From contig VFHF01000183.1 in assembly GCA_009392095.1 (NCBI GenBank), positions 1 to 32,000 of the forward strand: a DNA stretch of 32,000 nucleotides, read 5' to 3'. Within the stretch, counting starts at the first letter, position 1. The number at the start of each line of letters is the position of its first letter. Below the pieces are notes generated by a model. It had not been told where the DNA came from. It made no database searches and worked only from the letters and a program-made list of their open reading frames with translations. The translations under genes and the position numbers were made by a program. The DNA is from SAR202 cluster bacterium. GTDB lineage: Bacteria; Chloroflexota; Dehalococcoidia; Lucifugimonadales; UBA3495. Shown piece by piece: positions 16,285 to 27,000 of the stretch.

Positions 16285-18780
16285 TTGAGCGACACTGAAC
16301 TGGAAACCAATAACCCAACCAGGTCTGGTGGCCATTATTTCCGGACTCGAGCTGACGTCCGGCCGTTCAACAACAACTTGGGCGGTTTCGACTTTGCCGG
16401 CCCTCTTCTGGAGTTCGACAAGGTCCAGGAACTGCTGGCAAGTCACACCAAAACCGTGGTCGGCGGCGAACGGGCCAGAGCGCTAACACCCACCCGCGAC
16501 CTGTTGGAGATCGCCACCCGCCAGCAGGAGACCTCGGAGGCCCGGCTGTATCTGGAACAGGACGGCAACCTGGAATTTGGGCCGGACGAGGATTTCCGGG
16601 AGCTGTTCCAGCGCGCTCTCTTGGGCGGACTACTGCGCGGCGAGGAACTGTTCCTGGTCAGAGAATTGCTCCGGGCCGCCCGCTACGACCGCACGGAACT
16701 GGGTCGCCACGAAGAGATACCGATGCTGTCTAGCATCTCGGAGATCATCCCAGAGTTGGGCGACTTGGAGCGGGCAATCTCGGGCGCAATTAGTCCATCC
16801 GGTGAGGTGCTGGACAACGCCAGTCCAGTGTTGCACAACCTCCGCCAGGAGGCGCGCCAGGCCCAGAACCGGCTCAACGAGATCATGGAACGCAACCTGC
16901 GTCGCCTGCAGCGGGCCGAGGTTGTTCAAGAGCCGCTGATCACCCAACGCAACGGCCGGATGGTGTTGCTGATCAAGGCCGAGATGCGGTACCGCGTGCC
17001 CGGCATCGTCCATGACGTGTCCGACAGCGGGGCGACTGTTTTTGTCGAACCCATGCCGGCCATTGAGGTCGGTAACCGCTGGCGGGAGGCCCGGCTGGCC
17101 GAGGGCAGGGAGGTCGAGCGGGTGCTGCGCCAGTTGTCGGGGATGGTCGGAATGTCCGGCGAAGACCTGTTGTTGACCTTGGACCTGATGGCCAGACTTG
17201 ACCTGGACATTGCCAAGGCCCGTTATTCCGCAGCCATAGGTGCGGTTGCTCCGTGGGTAGCCGACCAGGAAGTGGCAGAAAGGAGCTTGAAACTGGTCCG
17301 AGCCCGCCATCCATTGCTCACCGGCGCCGTGGTCCCAGTCAGTATCGACCTGGACCGGGAGCAGCAGGTGATGCTGATCACCGGCCCCAACGCTGGCGGC
17401 AAGACGGTAACACTGAAGACCGTGGGATTGCTGGCCATGATGGCCCAAGCCGGACTGCACGTGCCTGCCGAAGAGGCGCATCTTCCTCGGTTCGACGGCG
17501 TTTACGCGGACATCGGCGACCAACAGAGCATCCAACAATCGCTATCCACCTTCAGCTCCCACATCACAAACGTTAAGGGCATCATGTCCCGGGCCACGGT
17601 CCATTCTCTGGTATTGATCGACGAACTGGGCACCAGCACCGACCCGGAGGAGGGCTCCGCACTGGCCAGCGCTGTGCTGCGGTATTTCCAGAAGATCGGC
17701 TCCTTCGTGGTTGGCACCACCCACCACAGGGGCGTGGCCAGGTTCGTACAAGACGAGCCGGGCATGGTCAACGCCAGTGTCGACCTTGACCCCAGCACTC
17801 TGGAGCCAACCTACCACGTGACCTTGGGCCTTCCTGGACGTAGTTACGCGCTAACCATCGCCGCGCGCCTGGGCGTACCCCAAGAAGTCATCGACGACGC
17901 TCGCAGCGGTATCTCCCCTGTGGAACAGGCCACCGAGGGCTTGTTGCAAGAGCTCCAACAGGAGCGCCGGGTGGTGGAGGAACTGCGGGAAGAGGCCGAG
18001 ACTGCTAGGTCGGAAGCCGTGCGTATGCAACGGGAATTGGACGCTCAATTAGCCGACGTGGAATTGGCCAAGGCCAATCTGGTGGAGGAATCGCGGCAGG
18101 AATTGCAGGGCCGTATCAGCGGGATATTGGACCGGCTGGCCAGGGCCGAACGTTCGTTGGAAGCCTCCGAGCTTCGGCAAGATGCCGAATCGCGGGCCAA
18201 CGCCGATGCCAGGGCCAACTTGGCTTCCCGGCAGGAGATCGAGGCCCACCGGACCGAAGTCAGGGATATGCAACGGCAATTGGAATCGGCGTCCTGGTCG
18301 CCCATCGAAGTCGAACGAGTCCCTTGGCAATCGATCTTGAAAGAGGGAGACCGGGTCTACGTCCGCGGGATCGCTCAACCGGTGGAGGTCATCTCCCCAC
18401 CCGATAACCAGGACAGGGTAGGGGTGTTGTTAGGGACTATGCGGGCCAAGATTCCGGTGTACCAGTTGGTCCGGCAGGCCGAAGGACACCCGACGGCGGC
18501 GTCACGGGGCGTGTACCTGGACCGTGCGCCCAAAAAGAATTCGAATACCGAATTGGACTTACGGGGCCTGCGGGTGGACGAGGCCATTAGCCGGGTTGAC
18601 GAAGCCCTGAATGACGCCGCATTGGACGGCGCCGGTTCTATCCGGTTGATCCATGGCAAAGGCACCGGCGCCCTGCGGCGGGCCATCCGGGAGTACTTGG
18701 GAGGCCATCCGCTGGTGATGTCGGCCGAGGATGGAGAAGGCCCTGGCGGCGGCGGCGTTACGGTGGCGGAACTAGAGTAG
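16285..18780 (+). CDS. mutS2: Endonuclease MutS2 (MutS paralogue with C-terminal Smr domain; RqcU-type)
   Basis: N-terminal LLEFDKV motif, Walker A GPNAGGKT (17383-17406), Walker B LVLIDELGTSTDP, a long coiled-coil, a KOW-like segment, and the Smr domain ELDLRGLRVDEA...LIHGKGTGALR (18550-18777). The start is uncertain. TTG 16285 lies 3 nt after the upstream stop, while TTG 16378 gives the canonical N-terminal length. No in-frame ATG or GTG is available. Confidence 0.93.
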   Translation: MSDTELETNNPTRSGGHYFRTRADVRPFNNNLGGFDFAGPLLEFDKVQELLASHTKTVVGGERARALTPTRDLLEIATRQQETSEARLYLEQDGNLEFGPDEDFRELFQRALLGGLLRGEELFLVRELLRAARYDRTELGRHEEIPMLSSISEIIPELGDLERAISGAISPSGEVLDNASPVLHNLRQEARQAQNRLNEIMERNLRRLQRAEVVQEPLITQRNGRMVLLIKAEMRYRVPGIVHDVSDSGATVFVEPMPAIEVGNRWREARLAEGREVERVLRQLSGMVGMSGEDLLLTLDLMARLDLDIAKARYSAAIGAVAPWVADQEVAERSLKLVRARHPLLTGAVVPVSIDLDREQQVMLITGPNAGGKTVTLKTVGLLAMMAQAGLHVPAEEAHLPRFDGVYADIGDQQSIQQSLSTFSSHITNVKGIMSRATVHSLVLIDELGTSTDPEEGSALASAVLRYFQKIGSFVVGTTHHRGVARFVQDEPGMVNASVDLDPSTLEPTYHVTLGLPGRSYALTIAARLGVPQEVIDDARSGISPVEQATEGLLQELQQERRVVEELREEAETARSEAVRMQRELDAQLADVELAKANLVEESRQELQGRISGILDRLARAERSLEASELRQDAESRANADARANLASRQEIEAHRTEVRDMQRQLESASWSPIEVERVPWQSILKEGDRVYVRGIAQPVEVISPPDNQDRVGVLLGTMRAKIPVYQLVRQAEGHPTAASRGVYLDRAPKKNSNTELDLRGLRVDEAISRVDEALNDAALDGAGSIRLIHGKGTGALRRAIREYLGGHPLVMSAEDGEGPGGGGVTVAELE

Positions 18781-18782
18781 CC

Positions 18783-19586
18783 CTATTTCCCCTGGAATCG
18801 TGCCTGGCGGCGTTCTGTGAAAGCCCTAACGCCCTCTTGGAAATCCTCTGTGAGGCATATTTCCTCAAAGACAGCGGTCTCGGCGTCCAGTTGGGTCTCG
18901 ATATCGTTTTGCCAGGAACTCTCGAATAGCGCTTTTACCCGCCCATAGGCTAATGTCGGTCCTTGGGCCAGGCGGACGGCGGTTTCCATGGCGTGTTTGT
19001 GCAATTGGTCATCTGCGACCACCTGACTGACCAACCCCATGTCCAGGGCTGCTTGGGCGCTGGTTGGCTGGCTGGCCAGGTAGAACTCCATGGCCCGGCT
19101 AGCGCCGACCAGGCGAGGAAGCAGATAGGTTGATCCACCGTCGGCCGGCGCGCCGATGTTGGCATAGGCCATCAGGAACCGGGCGTTGTTGGCCGCCACC
19201 CGGACGTCGCAACCCAAGGTCAGACTGAAGCCCGCACCCGCCGCCACGCCGTTTATGCCGGCGACCACCGGTTTTCCCAATTGGCGTAGCCCCATAACGA
19301 CATCGTGGTGCAAGTTGTTGGCCAGATTGCGGATATAGGTTTGAATCTTTTCTGGGCCGCCGCTCTCCAGGTTTTCCACGAGGAATTTAAGATCAGCGCC
19401 GGAGCAAAACCCGCCGCCGGCTCCTGTGAGGAGCACGGAACGCACATCGGCTCTCTTGCAGGCCTCGATCGCTCCCCCCATCTCGGCTACCATCTCCAGA
19501 GTCAGTGCGTTCCTAGACTCGGGGCGGTTCATTGTGATAATGCCAACGCCGTCCATCTTTTCGAAACTGATGTTTTCAAAGGCCAT
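18783..19586 (-). CDS. Enoyl-CoA hydratase/isomerase (crotonase) family protein
   Basis: Crotonase fold motifs: ITMNRPESRNAL, VLLTGAGGGFCSGADL, KPVVAGINGVAAGAGFSLTLGCD. Its start overlaps the stop of the upstream pmbA-like gene by 1 nt (TAATG). Confidence 0.9.
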   Translation of the reverse strand: MAFENISFEKMDGVGIITMNRPESRNALTLEMVAEMGGAIEACKRADVRSVLLTGAGGGFCSGADLKFLVENLESGGPEKIQTYIRNLANNLHHDVVMGLRQLGKPVVAGINGVAAGAGFSLTLGCDVRVAANNARFLMAYANIGAPADGGSTYLLPRLVGASRAMEFYLASQPTSAQAALDMGLVSQVVADDQLHKHAMETAVRLAQGPTLAYGRVKALFESSWQNDIETQLDAETAVFEEICLTEDFQEGVRAFTERRQARFQGK

Positions 19587-21160
19587 TAGACGCTCTCCAT
19601 GTACTCGGAAATCTCTTCAAGACCGAAGCCGGATACCGCAATCTCCGGCGCCCAGGTAACCTGGTCCGACGACCAGCGCACAGTGGCCCGGCGCTGGGCC
19701 GTTATGCCAAGGGTGCTGTTGATCAGCCGGAGTACATTGTCGTTCATGCGTACCGTGTTGGGCTTGAGCGGGGCGGCGAACCGGCCGTCCTTGATCAGAT
19801 AGGAATCGCCGATGATTGTCCCGCTGAAGTCGCCGCTGGTGGTGCCGTTAACCGGGTAGGTGTACCAGATACGGCCGATGTACACGCCGTTTCCCACTAG
19901 CCGCAGCAATTCTTCTTTGCTGTGGCCCGGGGTCCCCTCGATGACCAGGTTGCTGGATACCGCACCCGGCATGGCGCCAAAGTTACGGCCGCCGCCGTTG
20001 CCGGGCCGGAACCCGTTGCGCGGGGCAATTTTCGCTAGCGCGTCAGACGGATTGACTCCCAGCTTCTCCCGGCCAGTGGGGTCGTTTAACATGCGTTGGT
20101 AATTGTAGTAGTCGGCCAACAGGCCCGAGAGTTCGCCTCCGCGGATCAAATCAGTCCGCCCGGTGGGTAGGCCCTCGTCGGTGATTGACTTGGAACTGGG
20201 CAGTCCGGGCGCCGCCCCGTCGTCGTACAGGTTGAAGTCCGCTGACGCCACCGCCTGGCCCAGCTTGCCCATGAAGGGCGAAGCGCCAGCGTAGAACATG
20301 TCCAAGGAGAGTCCCGGCATCAGCACCCATTCCAGAATCTCAGCCACGGCTTGGGGTCCTAGGATTACGTTGTATTCGCCGGTGGGGATCCGTTGGCCGT
20401 CCATGGACTCGATAGCGTTACGCGCGGCCTCGGCAGCAGCTTCCCCATTAAATTCGGCCAACTTACTGGCCACGGACCACCCGCTACCCTTGCTGGCCTG
20501 GCTCTCGATCATGGCCGTGGCGAATGACATAATGAGGGTGTTTTGTTCGGTTTGAACCTTGGGGATGTGGGTTGACGCAATGGACATACGGTCCTGGAGC
20601 ATGACTACGTCCCCGCCCAAGATTAGTCCCAACTCAGACATCTTTTCCGCCGAACCGGCTATCCCCATCAGGTCTTCCGACGACTGAAACGCGTCCAGCG
20701 CCCGGTCCATCATGCGCCAACCGGCGTCAACTAGACCCTTGCCGCCGATACGCATCAACGCCGGGTCGTAATTGGCCAGAGGCTCGTCGTTTGTTGTGGC
20801 CGCCCGGTGGGGCGATTCCAGTTTGGGCAGCGAAACGAACTCGGTGTCCGAGACCGCGCCGTAGCGGGCCTTTTCCAAAGCCCGTGCGGCCCCATCCACC
20901 GATAGGTCGGTGGGCTCACTGCCGAACCCGGTCTTGATGCCGCCTGGTGTTCGGAATGTCGCCCGGATGCCCATACCGTAACCCTCAGTGGACTTGGGCT
21001 CCTCCACACCGTTGCTGGGAATGTGGGAGGTGTAATTGAGGCGGACCGTCAGGTTTGCCCCAGCCGAAGCAAAAACCTCGGCCTCTGCCACATCGGGCTG
21101 GGAGGAAGCGAAGGCCAGGGCGTTCTTAACGGCGCGGCGCAGTTCAGCTACAGATAACAA
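19586..21160 (-). CDS. pmbA: TldD/PmbA family protein, PmbA/TldE-like (no HExxxH)
   Basis: 524 aa with TldD/PmbA-family architecture, including the C-terminal GxxxxGGxxxxxG-rich region (NGVYIGRIWYT..., GDFSG...G.LIKDG). The position aligned to the TldD metal site reads AEILEWVLMPGLSLD, with no His pair, as expected for the non-catalytic partner. Confidence 0.75.
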   Translation of the reverse strand: MLSVAELRRAVKNALAFASSQPDVAEAEVFASAGANLTVRLNYTSHIPSNGVEEPKSTEGYGMGIRATFRTPGGIKTGFGSEPTDLSVDGAARALEKARYGAVSDTEFVSLPKLESPHRAATTNDEPLANYDPALMRIGGKGLVDAGWRMMDRALDAFQSSEDLMGIAGSAEKMSELGLILGGDVVMLQDRMSIASTHIPKVQTEQNTLIMSFATAMIESQASKGSGWSVASKLAEFNGEAAAEAARNAIESMDGQRIPTGEYNVILGPQAVAEILEWVLMPGLSLDMFYAGASPFMGKLGQAVASADFNLYDDGAAPGLPSSKSITDEGLPTGRTDLIRGGELSGLLADYYNYQRMLNDPTGREKLGVNPSDALAKIAPRNGFRPGNGGGRNFGAMPGAVSSNLVIEGTPGHSKEELLRLVGNGVYIGRIWYTYPVNGTTSGDFSGTIIGDSYLIKDGRFAAPLKPNTVRMNDNVLRLINSTLGITAQRRATVRWSSDQVTWAPEIAVSGFGLEEISEYMESV

Positions 21161-21190
21161 TCTATCTATTCTCTTCCGGCTGGTAGGGCA

Positions 21191-22243
21191 TCATTTCTCT
21201 TCGGCATACGTTTCAACCAACTCGGTTTCGGGCAGGGCAACGGGGTCTTCCGATTCGATGGAATCGACCTCGGTGGCGTCGGGGGTGTCCCGCTGTTTGC
21301 GGATTTCCTGGATGCGTTGCAATGGACGATCTAACGTCCGGCTTCGGGTGCCTTTAAGGGACTCGAAGCTGGTTTGTGCTGATTCGATACGCCGCCCCAC
21401 GGTCTCCATCTGCGCTGCGAAAAGCTTCCATTGCCGGTCGAAGATAGCCAGCTCGGACAGTATCTCGTTGGAAGCCTGCTCGATGGCAAAGTTATCCAGA
21501 GCGTGTCGGATGACGCTAAGGATCGCGAACAGGCTGATGGGTGAGCAGAGCACCACCCGGTTGCGGAGCGCTTCTTCCACCACCGTGGCCCCGTGCTGTT
21601 GGATGTAGTGAAACATCTGCTCGTTGGGAATGAAAACTAGGACGTAGTCCAGGGTATTGTCTTCTGAGTTGATGTAATTCCGGCCGACGACTTCTTTGGC
21701 CCGGTCTCGAACGTCACGCAGAAAGGCGAGGCTATGTTGTTGGGCCTCTTCTTCAGTACCTGCTTCCACCAACCGAACGTAGTTCGTCAATGGGAATTTA
21801 GCGTCCATATTTAGTTTCTTGTTTTCTGGCATGAATATGGTGAAATCGGGGCGCGAACTCCCATCGGTGACGGTGGCCTGCTTCACATAATTCACGTGTT
21901 CAACAAAGCCGATTATCCGGAACACGTCTTCGGCCATCCGCTCACCCCATTGTCCCCGAGCTTGGGTGTTGGCCAGGATGTCCCTGAGGGCCGACGAGCT
22001 GCTATTCAAGCTGGTGAGCATGGTTTCGAGACGTTCCGACTGTTTGGCCCGGTCGACATTCAGGTTCTGGATGGCCTCGTTGACCCGGTCCATGCCCTGG
22101 CGGATCTCACCCACCTGATGGCCAAAGGCGCTATCTTGGCTTTGAGAGTCGCCTTGGGACTTGAGCAGGCGGAACATCAAGATTATCGCCAACCCCGTGG
22201 ATGAAAGGGCGACTACACCGATGATTATCAAGGCCACTGTCAT
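21191..22243 (-). CDS. rmuC: DNA recombination protein RmuC
   Basis: An N-terminal TM helix (VALIIIGVVALSSTGLAIILMF) and a coiled-coil precede the RmuC nuclease-like C-domain (RPDFTIFMP..K.L.MDAKFPL..Y, DYVLVFIPNEQMFHYI, VVLCSPISLFAIL). Confidence 0.85.
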   Translation of the reverse strand: MTVALIIIGVVALSSTGLAIILMFRLLKSQGDSQSQDSAFGHQVGEIRQGMDRVNEAIQNLNVDRAKQSERLETMLTSLNSSSSALRDILANTQARGQWGERMAEDVFRIIGFVEHVNYVKQATVTDGSSRPDFTIFMPENKKLNMDAKFPLTNYVRLVEAGTEEEAQQHSLAFLRDVRDRAKEVVGRNYINSEDNTLDYVLVFIPNEQMFHYIQQHGATVVEEALRNRVVLCSPISLFAILSVIRHALDNFAIEQASNEILSELAIFDRQWKLFAAQMETVGRRIESAQTSFESLKGTRSRTLDRPLQRIQEIRKQRDTPDATEVDSIESEDPVALPETELVETYAEEK

Positions 22244-22265
22244 AGCTTACACGGCTCCAGCCCAG

Positions 22266-23846
22266 CTAGCCCGGCCCCGTTAGACGGGCGATGCCTCTCA
22301 TGGTCGGTCCTCCGTTGCTCATTCGCTTGGCCTGCATAGGCTGGCCCTTGCCACAGTTGGGGATGGGGTTCACCCTCAGGTCGTTGCCCACGGCGTCGAT
22401 GGACATGAAATAGTCGCGGCTGTCCGAGGTGATGCCGCCGTCCCGGTACAGCCGGCCTAACTGGCCGTTCTTGATCTCGTAGACCTTCACCGCCGTGATG
22501 CGGAAATTCTCTCGGGATTCGGCGATGGACGGCGTCCGGTGCCCCGAGATGTAGTAACCGTCTTCGACGTCGGCGATGATGCTCTGGGGGTCCTGTTGTC
22601 CCGGACCGAAGACGGTGTTGGTCATGCGGATCAGGGGTACCAATTGTGCCTCAGTGGAGCGGGCCGACCCGTTGGGCTCAACCCCCATGATTGCCGCCGT
22701 CTGGCGGTTGTTCAGGAACTCCTCCAATACGCCGTCTCTCAGGATGTAGGCACGTCGGGCCGGTGTTCCCTCGTGGTCGTAGCTGAAAGAGCCGTAACCT
22801 TCCATGGTTGGGTCCGAATAGGCTGTGACCATAGGCGATGCGATCTGGTTGCCCAGTTGGTTGTCCTGCATGTCCTTTAGGAACCAGGAACGCCCGGCGT
22901 AACCCGTCTCGTACTTCAGTGCCCGATCCAACTCCGAGGGATGGCCGACCACTTCGTGGACCAGCAGGGTGTTGAAGTGAGGGTTGGTGACGACCGTTAC
23001 CTCTTTGTCGGGCGGTTTTAGGGGCGGTGCAGCGGCTACTTCCACTGCGTCCGCGCCAAGCGTCCGGCAGAAGTCCATGAAGTTAGGCAAGATGATAGGA
23101 CCGTTGGAATAGCCCTCGGTCAATATCTCCCAGCCGCGTTGGTGGCCGGTGAAGTCGTAGAGTTCATAGTTGCCGTGCTCGCTGGAGCAGATGGCGATGG
23201 CGAACCCTTCGGTCTGGGCGAAGCTCTGGTCTATGTTCGCGCCGTCCGAGCTGAGGAATAGTTCCCGGAGCAGGAACGTCGAGGCCGAGCAGGCGGAATA
23301 GACGATGTTGCTGCCCTGGCTCTGCATCTGCTTGCAGCCGTCAACGGCCATGGCGATGGTGTCAGTCAAGGGAACTTGCCGGGGGTCGACCCTGAAGTTG
23401 GCCGGGACCGTAGCCTGGTGGACAACCACCGGGGCGAGGTCACTTGGCGTGAGGTTGCTGCCTAGAGTCTCGTAGCGGCCCCGCATCTGCGATTTTTGCC
23501 TGGCGCTGGCATGGGCGCGGCCGTGGGCCTGGCGGATGCCGTCCCAGACCACATCTTCCAAACGGCTTAGATCAGTTGTGCCCAAAACCTTGCCGTAATA
23601 ACCGGAGGAGGAAGTACGTCCGCCAGCAATGACGCGGACGCCAAAGTCGAAGGCGTAGTCCTCGGAGCTACCTTTCTCCGAGCCGTTCTCCGCCACCGCG
23701 CCCTTCTCTTCCCTGACCTCGATGCGCAGGTCGCAGTATCGGAGGCTCGGCAACGTCTTGGCCTTCTCGGCAACTAGCGATTGCAGATTAGCCTGGAAGC
23801 GGTCCAGGGACTCTACGGTTACGCAGGATGGGGATGGAGATAGCAT
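22266..23846 (-). CDS. tldD: Metalloprotease TldD-like
   Basis: TldD/PmbA-family protein carrying the zinc motif HEVVGH (22941-22958, minus) followed by PSELD. The C-terminal Gly-rich region is YISG..., GGITSD..., CGKGQP. 526 aa. Confidence 0.8.
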   Translation of the reverse strand: MLSPSPSCVTVESLDRFQANLQSLVAEKAKTLPSLRYCDLRIEVREEKGAVAENGSEKGSSEDYAFDFGVRVIAGGRTSSSGYYGKVLGTTDLSRLEDVVWDGIRQAHGRAHASARQKSQMRGRYETLGSNLTPSDLAPVVVHQATVPANFRVDPRQVPLTDTIAMAVDGCKQMQSQGSNIVYSACSASTFLLRELFLSSDGANIDQSFAQTEGFAIAICSSEHGNYELYDFTGHQRGWEILTEGYSNGPIILPNFMDFCRTLGADAVEVAAAPPLKPPDKEVTVVTNPHFNTLLVHEVVGHPSELDRALKYETGYAGRSWFLKDMQDNQLGNQIASPMVTAYSDPTMEGYGSFSYDHEGTPARRAYILRDGVLEEFLNNRQTAAIMGVEPNGSARSTEAQLVPLIRMTNTVFGPGQQDPQSIIADVEDGYYISGHRTPSIAESRENFRITAVKVYEIKNGQLGRLYRDGGITSDSRDYFMSIDAVGNDLRVNPIPNCGKGQPMQAKRMSNGGPTMRGIARLTGPG

Positions 23847-23853
23847 TACAGCG

Positions 23854-25008
23854 CTAAGCGGCGTCAGACACTGCTTTGGCGACGGTCTGTGCTACCTGCT
23901 TGTCCAGAGACCAGGGGATGATGATCTCAGGTGTGGGCTCTGCAATCAGAGCCGCTAACGCGTTGGCGGCGGCCAGCTTCATGCGAGTGGTTACTCTGGT
24001 CGAGTGGGAGTCCAGTGCCCCCCGGAACACGCCCGGAAAGACCAGGCTGTTGTTGATCTGGTTGGGGAAGTCGCTGCGACCGGTGCCTACAACGGAGGCG
24101 CCGGCGGCGCGGGCTTCGTCCGGCCAGATCTCTGGGATGGGGTTGGCCATGGCGAACACTATTGAGTCCTTGGCCATGGAAGAGACCATCTCGGCGGTTA
24201 CAGCGTCGGCCGCTGAAAGACCGATGAATACATCGGCCCCACGCATCGCCTCAGCCATGCCGCCCTGGGTATTATCCGGGTTAGTGGTCTCAAGCATGGC
24301 GGATTTCACCGCCGTCAGGTCCGACCGGTCCTTGTGGATGATTCCGGTGCTGTCTACCAGGGTCACATGGGTGGCGCCTTGTTCCATGAGCAGTTTTGTG
24401 GAGGCGATACCTCCGGCCCCAGCACCGGCGAAGACGAATTTGGTGTCTTCGATCTTGCGGCCGGTAACTAGGAGCGAGTTCATTACCCCCGCGAGTACGG
24501 CGATCGCCGTGCCGTGTTGATCGTCGTGGAAGACGGGAATGCCCAGGTCCTGTAAAGCATCCTCAATGTCGAAGCATCGCGGTGCGGCGATGTCTTCCAG
24601 GTTGATGCCGCCAAAGCTGGGGGCCAGCGCGCGCACTGTCTGGATTATGATGTCGTTGTCCTGAGTAGCTAGACAGATTGGAAAGGCGTCGATGTCGGCC
24701 AGGCCCTTGAAAAGGATGGACTTGCCCTCCATCACCGGCATGGCTGCTTCGGGGCCGATATTACCCAGTCCCAACACGGCCGATCCGTCGGTGACCACCG
24801 CCACGGTATTGGCCCGGTTTGTCAGGTGGTAAGATTCCGATTTGTCGGCGTGGATGGTCATGCAGACCGAGGCTACGCCAGGTGTGTAAGCGATGGACAA
24901 ATCATCCAGTGTTTCTACTACCATCTTAGGGGCGATGCTGACCTTGCCCCGAGTTTCTCGGTGGCGGTCTATCGCTTCTTTGCCGTAGTCTCTGGGTTGT
25001 TGAGCCAT
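23854..25008 (-). CDS. NAD(P)-dependent malic enzyme (short, single-module form)
   Basis: [64 protein letters not shown] and GAGAGGIA are all present. ATG 25008 (MAQQPRDYG...) has GGAG upstream. The track start at 25173 adds 55 Arg-rich residues that overlap the ilvD 3' end, so it is rejected. Confidence 0.9.
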   Translation of the reverse strand: MAQQPRDYGKEAIDRHRETRGKVSIAPKMVVETLDDLSIAYTPGVASVCMTIHADKSESYHLTNRANTVAVVTDGSAVLGLGNIGPEAAMPVMEGKSILFKGLADIDAFPICLATQDNDIIIQTVRALAPSFGGINLEDIAAPRCFDIEDALQDLGIPVFHDDQHGTAIAVLAGVMNSLLVTGRKIEDTKFVFAGAGAGGIASTKLLMEQGATHVTLVDSTGIIHKDRSDLTAVKSAMLETTNPDNTQGGMAEAMRGADVFIGLSAADAVTAEMVSSMAKDSIVFAMANPIPEIWPDEARAAGASVVGTGRSDFPNQINNSLVFPGVFRGALDSHSTRVTTRMKLAAANALAALIAEPTPEIIIPWSLDKQVAQTVAKAVSDAA

Positions 25009-25079
25009 GTTTCCAAATCTCCAATCTTCCTGGAGGGAAGGCCGTCGTTTTGTTAAACCAGCCCGCGGGCAAAACCTTT

Positions 25080-26741
<1,662 letters not shown>

Positions 26742-27000
26742 ATGGGAGGGTCTAGATTTTGTCGCCACTGGGTCATCTCCTGGGGGTTGAAAAATCACCG
26801 AATCATTGCAAAATGGTTTATCGATACGCGACGGGCTGTGATATCGCGTAATTGGGCAATTATAAGTGGCTATACTAAGTGGTTACAAGATGGTTGCTTC
26901 GCATGGTCAGGTCAGGCACGAAACAGGGGTTGCGTCCCTACCCAATATTGATTACGCTGATGCTTGCTTAAAAAATCAGGTGTAGTCAGGAGAGGCTGCC

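Noticed and set aside
16630-17538. 302-aa ORF antisense to mutS2, and similar long antisense or alternative-frame ORFs (e.g. 6313-6795, 10596-11210, 23876-24520, 26278-26790, 3251-3685, 9676-10158)
   Set aside because: Each lies entirely within a gene that has strong family-specific motifs in another frame or on the other strand. Each also has the Arg/Pro/Gly/Ser-rich composition typical of shadow ORFs in high-GC DNA.
21191-22243. RmuC as part of a phage-defence system
   Set aside because: The protein has the canonical housekeeping RmuC architecture (TM helix, coiled-coil, nuclease-like domain). Its neighbours are metabolic and protease genes, and no defence-associated partners (methylase, helicase, ATPase, TIR and the like) are present.
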